Positions 52,479 to 61,995 are shown, numbered from the stretch's first letter. The stretch is 64,000 bases of DNA from Candidatus Bathyarchaeota archaeon (GCA_963806535.1 CAWDYC010000003.1:320001-384000); one strand, 5' to 3'. Numbers and translations are program-made. Notes: generated from the sequence alone by a model not told the origin.

Positions 52479-54137
52479 ATGGGTAGCAAGAGTAAAATTT
52501 TTGCCATAGTTATGATTGTCATAATGGCTTTTTCAAGTCTAATAATATTCGGCTCTATGCCTTTTGGATTTGCTCAAAGCGGAACAACCGTTAGCAGCCA
52601 AATAATAAGCTCAGATACAACTTGGAACAAAGCAAACAGCCCATACATGCTTATTTCATCCGTCATTGTTAGCAGCGGCGCCACCTTAACCATCCAACCC
52701 GGCGTAACCGTAGACATCGCCCAAGACAACAACCTGCAGATAGATGGAGCCCTCAATGCAACCGGGTCAAAGGCTGATAACATCCAATTCATCGGGGCCG
52801 GAAGCCTCATTTTAGACTCATGCAGTCTAGGCTGGAACCAGACGACAGGTTCAGGCTGCATAATTGAGTGCGCAAAAATAAGTCTTTATTCATTCACGAT
52901 CTGTTGCTCAGCAAAAATAAACGACAATACTATAATATGTGGCATCTATCCATGGGGCGGTTCCCCACAAATCATCAACAACAATGTTGTGGGCCAAATT
53001 TGGGGCAACGAAAGCGTACAGTCCCCTCTAATCCTAAATAACACTGTTAGAGGCTGCATTTACATCCCCGCGGGGTCACCTGTAATTTCCCAAAACGTTG
53101 TGACGGGTGTTGAGGGAGGAACTACCAACGGTTCCTCATACATTCCATCATCGCTTTGCACAGCAATCATGGGTGGACCAGGTTCCTACGGGACACAGCT
53201 TAACGCCGTCATAACAGACAACACAATCACCTGCGGTCTCGATGGCATCAGTTGGGGAGGCGGGGAAGAGGCAACAATCGAAAACAACTTTATCGCTAAC
53301 TGCTCTCGGTACGGCATGATGGTTGATTCAACTGCCTTTGTAGAAAACAACACCCTAGTTAACAACGTAGTTGGCCTTCTACTTTCCAACTTCAACTCAG
53401 GTATCTATACCCCTATTCCAACGCCTCCAATAATTAGGGGTAACAACATCCTCAACAGCAGCAAATACAACATTTACTCTTACTGTAGCATGAACCTCAC
53501 AGCAACCTACAACTGGTGGGGAACAACTGACCCGATGGCAATCGCCCAAACAGTATACGATCACACGTTCGATTCAAACTTGGGAACAATAACTTGCATC
53601 CCATGCTTAACCCAAGCCAACCCATTAGCCTACCCCAACCCATCAGCACCTCTCACCTACCCAGTCACCACAAACACGCCTACACAAGCCCCGACACCGA
53701 CATCAACCGACAACAACACATCCACAGAGACAACCTCAACTAATTACTTCTCAATAGACTCCAATAGTACCGTTACCGACCTCACCTTCAACTCAACAAA
53801 TTCCCATCTAAGCTTCACCTTAAGCGGACCCACTGGGACAGCAGGCTATGCAAAAGTTACGATAGCTAAAATATTGATGCCAAATGGCAACCTTGAGGTT
53901 TTTATGGACGAAACCCAAATTCCTTCTTTAGTGAACTCAAACGGTAGTTACTGGATAATAACGTTCAACTATCATCACAGCACCCACCGTGTAATTATAA
54001 ACTCTATTGATCGATCACAGCTTAACCCGGTTGCTTTAGGACAATACCAACTTTTGATATTAGGCGCCATCATAGTCGCACTTACAGCCTTTGGCGGTCT
54101 AATTTTTTATGTCACCAAAAAGAAAGAGAAGATTTAG
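52479..54137 (+). CDS. Secreted right-handed beta-helix surface protein with C-terminal TM anchor
   Basis: Signal peptide; SDTTW...SPY..TLTIQPGV; I.NN.I repeats; ATYNWWG; P/T linker; TM plus KKK. Confidence 0.85.
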   Translation: MGSKSKIFAIVMIVIMAFSSLIIFGSMPFGFAQSGTTVSSQIISSDTTWNKANSPYMLISSVIVSSGATLTIQPGVTVDIAQDNNLQIDGALNATGSKADNIQFIGAGSLILDSCSLGWNQTTGSGCIIECAKISLYSFTICCSAKINDNTIICGIYPWGGSPQIINNNVVGQIWGNESVQSPLILNNTVRGCIYIPAGSPVISQNVVTGVEGGTTNGSSYIPSSLCTAIMGGPGSYGTQLNAVITDNTITCGLDGISWGGGEEATIENNFIANCSRYGMMVDSTAFVENNTLVNNVVGLLLSNFNSGIYTPIPTPPIIRGNNILNSSKYNIYSYCSMNLTATYNWWGTTDPMAIAQTVYDHTFDSNLGTITCIPCLTQANPLAYPNPSAPLTYPVTTNTPTQAPTPTSTDNNTSTETTSTNYFSIDSNSTVTDLTFNSTNSHLSFTLSGPTGTAGYAKVTIAKILMPNGNLEVFMDETQIPSLVNSNGSYWIITFNYHHSTHRVIINSIDRSQLNPVALGQYQLLILGAIIVALTAFGGLIFYVTKKKEKI

Positions 54138-54282
54138 TAGAAGTTGCATGCTTCTACACGTTTCTCTGCTTCTTCATAAAACCGCAGAAATTTCACAAAA
54201 AGAAAGCTGCAGTTTTTGAAGAGGAAGAGAAAGTAACAGAAACTCATGTGATCTGTTCTGGGCCACAATCGTGTTCTTTTTT

Positions 54283-54687
54283 CTAAATCCACTTTGTTTT
54301 TGTTTCTCTAATTTGATTTATGTGCTTATCATCTGTTAGAACGCAGTCTGCCGACATTTTGATTGCTGTGGCTGCTATGATTGCATCAGCGGTTGGCAAC
54401 TCTGCATATTTGCATCGCAGTTTCGCAGCCTCTTTGGCGATAGAGGTATCAAGATTTACAACTTCTAACCTTAATTCGAGAACAGAATTAATTCTAATTT
54501 CCGCAACATCTTTACCAAAAGTTTCCAATTGAATTTTGTACAGCTCAAGGATCACTATAGAAGGGACCATGCCAAAATTTTCTTTTCTTTCAAGATAGTC
54601 AAGCATCGACTTTGACCATTTTCTGAACTCAGCATTTTTGCTTTCAAGACTAGCGATGAAGAACCGAGTATCTAATACAATTTTCAT
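54283..54687 (-). CDS. PIN-domain (VapC) toxin
   Basis: IVLDT, E, ADAIIAATA, LTDD.H. Confidence 0.92.
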   Translation of the reverse strand: MKIVLDTRFFIASLESKNAEFRKWSKSMLDYLERKENFGMVPSIVILELYKIQLETFGKDVAEIRINSVLELRLEVVNLDTSIAKEAAKLRCKYAELPTADAIIAATAIKMSADCVLTDDKHINQIRETKTKWI

Positions 54688-54914
54688 CAGTATCTATCTT
54701 CTGAGCGCATCTTGTCTAATTTTTTCAGCGTTTGGTCCAGGTCCACTTTGTCAGCGTCGGCGCCGATTAAATCTTGAAACCGAGGGATAACCTTAAGGAC
54801 AATCCCTGATGGAGAGTCTTCGAAGAGTACTTTCACACCTTGACTTATGCAATATTTTCGTCTTAATTCAACAGGAACGGTTACCTGCCCTTTACGGGTT
54901 ACTTGTGAATCCAT
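54687..54914 (-). CDS. AbrB/MazE-type antitoxin
   Basis: VTRKGQVTVPVELR; stop codon overlaps the PIN start. Confidence 0.92.
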   Translation of the reverse strand: MDSQVTRKGQVTVPVELRRKYCISQGVKVLFEDSPSGIVLKVIPRFQDLIGADADKVDLDQTLKKLDKMRSEDRY

Positions 54915-55187
54915 AGTTCAACATCAACTTCAAAGTACTACAAATTTACTAAGGTTAAACTATGATATAAAGAATTTGTGAGGAAAATGGCGTGAACCAG
55001 AATAAAAATAAAACCTAAACCTACAAGAGATTAAAAATTGCTGTCAAATCAAGTTTCTTGCCCATTGAAAACTTTCTTGACAGGTCTTTAATCGCGCTTA
55101 AAGATTTTAGTGATTCATTTTAGTTAGGCAGTTAGCTTTGAAACCTGGCAATCTCAGCTTAGAATTGTGTCTAAGAGTATTCGTCTA

Positions 55188-55243
55188 AGTAAACAAACTT
55201 TGACTAATTCGAGTCAAGAGATCTTTACGAGAATCCTTTTATC
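55188..55243 (+). promoter_or_regulatory. Array element (full double palindrome) plus BRE/TATA
   Basis: GTAAAcaaactTTGACtaattcgaGTCAAgagatcTTTACGAGAATCCTTTTAT upstream of ATG 55269. Confidence 0.88.
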
Positions 55244-55268
55244 TATTGCCTGAAAAACCTATGTTCAA

Positions 55269-56729
55269 ATGAACAAGATAACATTAGTTCCAGCTGTTAT
55301 AGTTGTTGTGATTTTGTTTTCTTCTCTTCCAACCAATGGGATTGCAGCGAATGCAAATTCAGATAATACATTGTTCCATAGTTTCCAAATGCACCCATCC
55401 TTGACGCAATCAATAATGCCCATCGAATCTTCTGTTGCAGATGACGAAACTCCACCGAATATACAATGGGTCCAACAATACGTTGCAAACTACTCCGCAG
55501 ATTATGCAAATCGAGTTATTCAAACAACCGATAGTGGATTTGCCATTGCTGGAATTATTGGCGCCCATAAGTATTCAGTTCCTATTGGATGGCTTGTGAA
55601 AACGGACTCGCTGGGCAATGTTGAATGGAATCAAACCTTCACCGTTGTTAGCGGGAACTTGACTTACAACCTTGAAAGCATAGCAGGCTTAGTGCAGACT
55701 AAAGATAGGGGATACGCAATTGCAGGCACGGAAGCTTCTTTTCCAAGCAGCGAGATGGCGTATGCCTCTAGTACAGTTGCTATTTTGTTCAGGACTGATA
55801 GCTTAGGAAACATCAAATGGAATAAAACATACTCCGAACTCAACGGAGTATCTTTTATGATACAAACTGGTGATGAAGGATACGCCTTAGCTGGCGATTA
55901 TTCTCTTGTTAAAACTGACTCTAAAGGTAAGGAGCAGTGGCAAAAATCCTATCAAGATAATGTTTTCAAACCAAACGTTGAAAACCAGAATTTACTCTCC
56001 TTCGAGCAAACTACTGACGGAGGATACGCTCTTCTAACTAGTGACAATATATTATTCAAGGTTAATCCCTCTGGGGGCTTACAATGGAAGCAAAACTATC
56101 AACTAGGCGCGTCAGTTTATGGAGCTCCTGGATTCATTAACTCTTTTATCCAAACTACCGATGGAGGTTATGTTCTGGGCGGCAGGACATACACTTCGAA
56201 TGCGAGCGACGGCATTGTTTCACTAATTAAAACTAACTCCAAAGGAATCGTACAATGGAATAGCACATACGGTCCAGATGGATCAAGTATAGCCGCTTTG
56301 ATTCAGGCAAACGATGGCGGCATTGCTTTTGCAGGAACGCTGCCTGGTCAAAGTAATTATCCTTCAAATCTTGTTTGGCTTGCCAAGACCGACCCTGCTG
56401 GAAAAGTGCAGTGGAGCCAAACCAACAACAATACTGCGATAGGGTTTTCCATGTATAGTTTAGGTGGCAGCTTCTCTGTGAGTTGGCTTATTGAAACCAG
56501 TGATGGAGGCTTTATGATATCTGGCTCATGGAACATAGGAAATACTTTTTTAGAAACTACTTACTACTTGGCAAAAACCGCGCCTTCATTACCCGCTCCC
56601 CTTCCATCACCTACCGTTCCAGAGGCTCCATCATTTACAATTCCAGTGTTGCTTAGTCTAATAGCGGCGGTTAGTTTGTTGGTTCACTTCAAAAAATACA
56701 ACCAGAGCGGTTTAGTCAAGAAAGTTTGA
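55269..56729 (+). CDS. Secreted beta-propeller-like repeat protein with C-terminal anchor
   Basis: Repeats QT.DGGY..AG and L.KTD..G...W; VPE motif, TM, LLVHFKK tail. Confidence 0.85.
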   Translation: MNKITLVPAVIVVVILFSSLPTNGIAANANSDNTLFHSFQMHPSLTQSIMPIESSVADDETPPNIQWVQQYVANYSADYANRVIQTTDSGFAIAGIIGAHKYSVPIGWLVKTDSLGNVEWNQTFTVVSGNLTYNLESIAGLVQTKDRGYAIAGTEASFPSSEMAYASSTVAILFRTDSLGNIKWNKTYSELNGVSFMIQTGDEGYALAGDYSLVKTDSKGKEQWQKSYQDNVFKPNVENQNLLSFEQTTDGGYALLTSDNILFKVNPSGGLQWKQNYQLGASVYGAPGFINSFIQTTDGGYVLGGRTYTSNASDGIVSLIKTNSKGIVQWNSTYGPDGSSIAALIQANDGGIAFAGTLPGQSNYPSNLVWLAKTDPAGKVQWSQTNNNTAIGFSMYSLGGSFSVSWLIETSDGGFMISGSWNIGNTFLETTYYLAKTAPSLPAPLPSPTVPEAPSFTIPVLLSLIAAVSLLVHFKKYNQSGLVKKV

Positions 56730-56746
56730 CGATAACTCTTTTATAT
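56713..56746 (+). promoter_or_regulatory. Array element (single GTCAA-N6-TTGAC) plus BRE/TATA, overlapping the upstream stop codon
   Basis: TAGTCAAgaaagtTTGACGATAACTCTTTTATAT; ATG 56770. Confidence 0.8.
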
Positions 56747-56769
56747 TAAGAGACTTCCAATTCCAAATC

Positions 56770-57342
56770 ATGGTGAGCTTCAAGAAAGCATATTCGGCTT
56801 TGATAATTGTTGTACTCTTAATTGCATTTGCTGGAACAGTATTTTACTATAGCATGTTAGTAAATAACGACAAATCTAAAATAGAATCGCTAAAAAATGA
56901 AGTAACAAATCTAACCAGTCAAGTTGCAGATATGAGCAGCCAAATAACTAATCTGACCGGTCAAATAACGGATTTAAAAATTGCAAATCTTGTTACAGCA
57001 TTGGCTATTAGGGACACGCACAATCCTCTACTGGAATACAATTTTCTTTACGTTACGGGGTCAGTTAATAATACTGGAAAAGCAATGGCGCATAATGCTG
57101 GATTGTATGTGGTTGCTTACGCCACTGATGGCTCATTGTTAGTGAACATGACTTTGCCAGTAGGCGGAGGATGGTTTGGAACTGATGCTGAGATTAGCGC
57201 TTATGTTTCGAATCGTTTTGGAGCAAGTTCCATGGAACTTACAAATTTATTTGGTGGACAGGCTACGAATGTTGATTTAGCTATTTTTCACGAAGGCATT
57301 GTTTCAAATTGGACCGTAAAACCAGTTTGGACAAATTCGTAG
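56770..57342 (+). CDS. Membrane-anchored coiled-coil protein with Ig-like C-terminal domain
   Basis: N-terminal TM, NLTSQV/QITNL heptads, VTGSV.NTG..A.NAGL. Confidence 0.8.
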   Translation: MVSFKKAYSALIIVVLLIAFAGTVFYYSMLVNNDKSKIESLKNEVTNLTSQVADMSSQITNLTGQITDLKIANLVTALAIRDTHNPLLEYNFLYVTGSVNNTGKAMAHNAGLYVVAYATDGSLLVNMTLPVGGGWFGTDAEISAYVSNRFGASSMELTNLFGGQATNVDLAIFHEGIVSNWTVKPVWTNS

Positions 57343-57437
57343 GTAGTTATTTCTCAGTTTTAAAATTTTTCAAGTTGCAGTTTTCTGGGTATGGGACTGG
57401 GTTGTTGGTTTACTTCAAGAAACACCGCAGAGCAGCG

Positions 57438-57503
57438 TAGTCAAGAAATCTGCACTAAAAAATCACTGCTTAGTCCAGAAATCTATACAAAAATCCTTTT
57501 ATC
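57438..57503 (+). promoter_or_regulatory. Two tandem degenerate array elements plus TATA
   Basis: TAGTCAAgaaatcTGCAC and TAGTCCAgaaatcTATACAAAAATCCTTTTAT. Confidence 0.7.
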
Positions 57504-57567
57504 AATATGAAATTTAAGGTAACAATCAGGCTTTAAGATGCAATTAAGGTTTGACGGAGCCTAAAAA

Positions 57568-59361
57568 ATGAAGAAAATTGTCTTAGTGGCAATCGCAGTT
57601 TTCCTGATATGTCCAGCCTTCACCCCATACGCCAGGGCTGACTGGGCAACGTTTGGTTCAAATCCAAGCCACACCAGCGTTGAAACAGGAACGTCTACCT
57701 TACCAACTCAAGCTTGGAAGTACACTACTGGTTCCTTTGTTGATTCTGCTCCCGCCGTTGTGGATGGAGTTGTTTATTTTGGCTCCGGAGATTGTCGAAT
57801 ATACGCAGTGAACCAGACAACTGGTCTGCAGATTTGGAATTATTCTACAAGCACTAGCATCTCATCCTCAGCTGCGGTGGCCAACGGCATATTGTACATA
57901 GGATCGGGCGATGGAGACTTCTACGTTCTTAATGCAACTAACGGCGTCAAACTTTGGATGTACGCCACTAATACGGGCTTTCTTTCCTCCCCTGCATATG
58001 ATGATGGAGTTGTCTTTATCGGTTCCATGGACAATAACCTCTATGCTTTCAACGCAGACAGCGGAAACCTGCTTTGGAAATACACTACAAGCAATAGCAT
58101 CGAATCTTCCCCGACAATAGTGAATAATGTTGTCTACATTGGTTCGGATGATCATAACCTATACGCGTTAAATGCAACAAATGGAGTAAAAATCTGGAAT
58201 TCCTCCACAGGCGGGAGAGTTTTTTCTTCTCCAGCTGTAACTAATGGAATAGTTTACGTTGGGTCTTTTGACCACAGCGTATACGCATTTGATGCTTCAT
58301 CCGGTTCATTGGTTTGGAGTTACAAAACTGGCGGCACAGTCTTTTCATCTCCAGCAGTCACTAACGGCATCGTCTACATCGGGTCAGGAGACCACAACAT
58401 TTACGCCTTAAATGCTTCTACCGGAGCGAAAATCTGGAGTTACAGCACAGAAGGGGTAATCTATTCCTACCCAGCAGTTACCAACAACGTGGTCTATTGT
58501 GGATCTTGGGACTACAAAGTCTACGCTTTAGACGCTTCAGACGGCGGTTTTATCTGGAGCTTCCTCACTGGCTCTTACATCCACTCGGCACCAGCAGTAA
58601 GTAACGACTATGTTTACATAGGATCTCAAGATCATAGCGTTTACGCTTTGAACCAAAATACCCTCTCGACAATTCCAATTTCGACTCAAGTTGCAACTGT
58701 TACTCCTTCGGCAATACCTAACTATATTCCACCGTCTAGTGGAGCACCATATCCGACGCCGCCTGATGTTCCCACTTTAGGTCCAGTCATAATTTGCTCA
58801 GTTGGAGATAGCGGAACAAACGTCAAAATTTTTTCCCCCCAAAACCAAAGTTATTCGCGAAGTCAAATTCAACTAAGTTTTTCAGTCATAGCCATTGGAA
58901 TGTTTGGGCAATTTGGCAATGTTGGATACAGCCTAGATGGCGGAACCGTCAAGAGTGTCAACAGTTTCACAAATAAATCAGTGGATACATCAGGCTTCCC
59001 TGACTGGTATTGGTACAAAACAACAGCTTTCGCAAATGTATTATTACCCCAACTCTCTGTAGGAGCTCACAACCTAACAGTTTACTATGGATGGCAATAT
59101 TTGGGAATCCTACAAAACCCCAGTTTACAAAGATACGAAGTGTATGCTTATGCAAATGTCAATTTCACAGTTGCCAACTCCAATAACTTGCTAACTGATA
59201 CAAATACAGATTCTTCAACCAACAACTCTATCACACCGACTCCTTCGCCTTCAATTCCAGAGTTCTCACCATGGACAATTCTGTTCCTGATTAGCCTAAT
59301 AGCAGTAACTGGAGTGTGGTCTACCACAAAAAAACTCATAAGAAGGACAGAGCATGAGTAA
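57568..59361 (+). CDS. PQQ-like (BamB-type) beta-propeller surface protein with PEF-type C-terminal motif
   Basis: Eight SSPAV..G.VY.GS.D..YA..A..G..W repeats; IPEF plus TM plus basic tail. Confidence 0.9.
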   Translation: MKKIVLVAIAVFLICPAFTPYARADWATFGSNPSHTSVETGTSTLPTQAWKYTTGSFVDSAPAVVDGVVYFGSGDCRIYAVNQTTGLQIWNYSTSTSISSSAAVANGILYIGSGDGDFYVLNATNGVKLWMYATNTGFLSSPAYDDGVVFIGSMDNNLYAFNADSGNLLWKYTTSNSIESSPTIVNNVVYIGSDDHNLYALNATNGVKIWNSSTGGRVFSSPAVTNGIVYVGSFDHSVYAFDASSGSLVWSYKTGGTVFSSPAVTNGIVYIGSGDHNIYALNASTGAKIWSYSTEGVIYSYPAVTNNVVYCGSWDYKVYALDASDGGFIWSFLTGSYIHSAPAVSNDYVYIGSQDHSVYALNQNTLSTIPISTQVATVTPSAIPNYIPPSSGAPYPTPPDVPTLGPVIICSVGDSGTNVKIFSPQNQSYSRSQIQLSFSVIAIGMFGQFGNVGYSLDGGTVKSVNSFTNKSVDTSGFPDWYWYKTTAFANVLLPQLSVGAHNLTVYYGWQYLGILQNPSLQRYEVYAYANVNFTVANSNNLLTDTNTDSSTNNSITPTPSPSIPEFSPWTILFLISLIAVTGVWSTTKKLIRRTEHE

Positions 59362-60325
59362 GAACGCCACACTGGCGCTTGTTCTCATTTTCTTGGTTCT
59401 GATTGTTACATGTGTATTTTGTGTTGGATTTACTAAGGCTCAATTTCAAGGCGATATTACCATAAATGTTGACGGTAGCGTAACTCCTTCATTAGCACCT
59501 ATTCTGCAATCGGGCAGTCGATATTCTCTGACAAGCAACATTAATGAGAGCATAGTGGTCAATAGGAGCAATATGGTTCTGGATGGTAACGGATACACAA
59601 TATCACAGGCTACAATTTACATATTGAATGTTTCCAATGTAACTGCAAGGAACCTAAGAATTACAAAAAGCTTTCAGGGTATGTCCATAGCTGATTCTTC
59701 AGGAGTAAATATTATCAATAACACGATTACAGAAACGGGTGCATCTTTGCCATTTTCGGAAACATGGGCTATTTCTATTCAAGGTGGTAACTCAAGTCAA
59801 ATAATCGAAAATAACATAATCAACAATATGGTTGGAGTCTTCCTTGCAGAAACCTCTGATAATTTTGTAGTTGGAAATAACATCACAAATTGCTCCAGCA
59901 TCGCCTTCGGTCTTTATAATAGCTCTTACAACATAATTTATCACAACAATATTGTCAATAACTCTCTTCAATTCAAAGACGAGGGCATCGGTTCGTATCC
60001 TTATAGGGTATCTTTGAATACTTGGGATAACGGTTCTATTTCAGGCGGCAACTATTGGAGCGATTACAAATTAAAGTATCCTGGCTCAAGTGAAATCAAT
60101 CATTCAGGAATCTGGAATGCCAGTTATGTGATTGACCAAAACAACGTTGACAATTATCCACTTACTCAACAAATCGACATTTCTGCTATAGCGCTTACTC
60201 CAGCTCCATCACCTATTGAACAAACTCAAATTCCAATAATGCCGATTGCTGTTTCTGTTGCAATTGCATTAGCTGTGATTGCTGGTTTATTGGTTTACTC
60301 CAAAAAACACCGTGAAGCAGTCTAG
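59354..60325 (+). CDS. NosD/CASH beta-helix surface protein
   Basis: ITINVDGSV, LDGNGY, YHNN, GNYWSDY, D.YPL, TM plus LLVYSKKH. Confidence 0.88.
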   Translation: MSKNATLALVLIFLVLIVTCVFCVGFTKAQFQGDITINVDGSVTPSLAPILQSGSRYSLTSNINESIVVNRSNMVLDGNGYTISQATIYILNVSNVTARNLRITKSFQGMSIADSSGVNIINNTITETGASLPFSETWAISIQGGNSSQIIENNIINNMVGVFLAETSDNFVVGNNITNCSSIAFGLYNSSYNIIYHNNIVNNSLQFKDEGIGSYPYRVSLNTWDNGSISGGNYWSDYKLKYPGSSEINHSGIWNASYVIDQNNVDNYPLTQQIDISAIALTPAPSPIEQTQIPIMPIAVSVAIALAVIAGLLVYSKKHREAV

Positions 60326-60358
60326 TCAAGAAAGTTTGACGAAAAAGAATTTATTTAT
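60323..60358 (+). promoter_or_regulatory. Array element (single GTCAA-N6-TTGAC) overlapping the stop codon, plus AT-rich TATA-like box
   Basis: TAGTCAAgaaagtTTGACGA, identical to 56713-56732. Confidence 0.8.
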
Positions 60359-60403
60359 TTGGTGCAAGAACTATTCTGCACGAACGTAGAAGAGCAGATT
60401 GAT

Positions 60404-61720
60404 TTGAAAGCAAAATCGGTAACCACGATTGCCATTTTCGCTCTCTTGATTTTGTTTGCAGGTCAGTTCATTCATAATACTGAAGGTAATGCTGTTTGGG
60501 CGCCTACAGAACCTAATATGGATCAACCCGCATTAGCTATACAATCTCCGATTAACGATTATATATACACTGGCGATTTCGTTCCACTAAACTTAACGGT
60601 AATTAAACCAGCATCATGGGGTGAAGCAGGAAATCCAAACATTTATTATTGGAGTGGAATAGCTTATGTTCATTACATCTTAGATGGAATCACATATTCA
60701 CTTTTTGAAGCGAAACTCATCAATCCAATTCCACAAGACTTGTTACCAGTAGTTTCCAATTTTTCAGCGAGCCTTAAAGGGCTATCAAACGGGGAACATA
60801 GTTTGAAGGTAATTGTTTATGCTCTAAACCAGTGGTGTCCAACTAGGGGTGGGGATATGGATTCTTCGATTCCTCCTTTCTATTCTTATAACATGACTGT
60901 AGAATCTGAAACAATTCACTTTACAACAACTGAAACAACTTCCGCGCCTACCTCAGTTCCAAATTTGCCATCCATTCTAACACCTACTTCAACATCTCAA
61001 CAAGAAATAGTCGCCATGCCATTGGAATACATCAATTATACAATCACAAGCATCAACGGCAAACTATGGGCTAAAATTGATGGAGAATACCCAATTTATA
61101 TCATGAACCCATCAGATTTTGGTTCTAGCGGAATTTTTCCGATGGTTTACCCCATGCCTCCTGGATCAACCAACATTCATGTAACCTTAGGAGATAAAGA
61201 GTTTAGTTGGACAAATTACACTGCGATTCTTCCAAGTGCGACCCATCGTACAGCAATAGGAGACTGGTGGATGATCTACACTTATGTGAGCAATGTTTCA
61301 GATTCGTTTGATCTCAAAATCCACTATGAACATCCTATCGAAATCATTAATGGAAGCTGCTTATTTCTCTATGATCTAAACATCAGCCCATACTTATCTC
61401 CACAAAGCAACAATTCCACAGCTTACTTCACAATACGCTTGGAAACAAACGCAACAAATTTCAAAGTTTTCACCGCTCAACCTGAGGCCAAATGGACTCC
61501 CTTGAATTACACTGTCACGAAAGAAAATTCAGAAGATATGCTTGCCATTCAAGTGCACTCAGAATATTCTAAGCCATTACCTGGTGATTTGATAGTAACA
61601 TTTCCGAGTGTTGACCAGGGTTCAAAGTTTTCAGTACCAATAGTCCTTATAACAATTATAGCACTCATTATTTCTGCAATATTTGTTACAGTCGTTCTTA
61701 AGCATCGAAAGAAGCGCTAA
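60404..61720 (+). CDS. Secreted two-domain surface protein with C-terminal TM anchor
   Basis: Signal peptide from probable TTG 60404; ISP..Y..LDG..L.GL..G.H Ig-like domain; TM plus KHRKKR. Confidence 0.8.
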   Translation: MKAKSVTTIAIFALLILFAGQFIHNTEGNAVWAPTEPNMDQPALAIQSPINDYIYTGDFVPLNLTVIKPASWGEAGNPNIYYWSGIAYVHYILDGITYSLFEAKLINPIPQDLLPVVSNFSASLKGLSNGEHSLKVIVYALNQWCPTRGGDMDSSIPPFYSYNMTVESETIHFTTTETTSAPTSVPNLPSILTPTSTSQQEIVAMPLEYINYTITSINGKLWAKIDGEYPIYIMNPSDFGSSGIFPMVYPMPPGSTNIHVTLGDKEFSWTNYTAILPSATHRTAIGDWWMIYTYVSNVSDSFDLKIHYEHPIEIINGSCLFLYDLNISPYLSPQSNNSTAYFTIRLETNATNFKVFTAQPEAKWTPLNYTVTKENSEDMLAIQVHSEYSKPLPGDLIVTFPSVDQGSKFSVPIVLITIIALIISAIFVTVVLKHRKKR

Positions 61721-61995
61721 CTTTAGAGAATAAGGATAAAAGAACAACGGCTGAAAAAACAATTCTTGCAATTGTGTCTCTCTTCCATATGTCATCTCAT
61801 CACACACAGAAGCAGAATGGATGAGTAAAAAGAAAACATAATCTGGAATATTTTCAGTTCTTTCCATGCTTCAACAATAAAACTTGCAAGCGCTCTAATA
61901 CCAAACCTTTTTTCCGCAATGTGCTGCCCCACTTATTTTCTAATCGTTTGTTCATTCCCTAATTTTGTAGTTCTATGAAAAATGGTCGAAGTTGT

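Noticed and set aside
54140-54240. Further anchor-tail relics (VSLLLHK..., FLKRKRK*)
   Set aside because: Short, low-complexity and not linked to the array site; cannot be separated from chance.
57700-58660. ~120-bp nucleotide repeats as a DNA repeat array or DGR
   Set aside because: They are coding beta-propeller blades; no reverse transcriptase or adenine-specific TR/VR pattern.
51477-60358. Calling the array sites canonical integron attC sites
   Set aside because: No paired RYYYAAC/GTTRRRY cores and no intI in the window; kept only as an architectural analogy.
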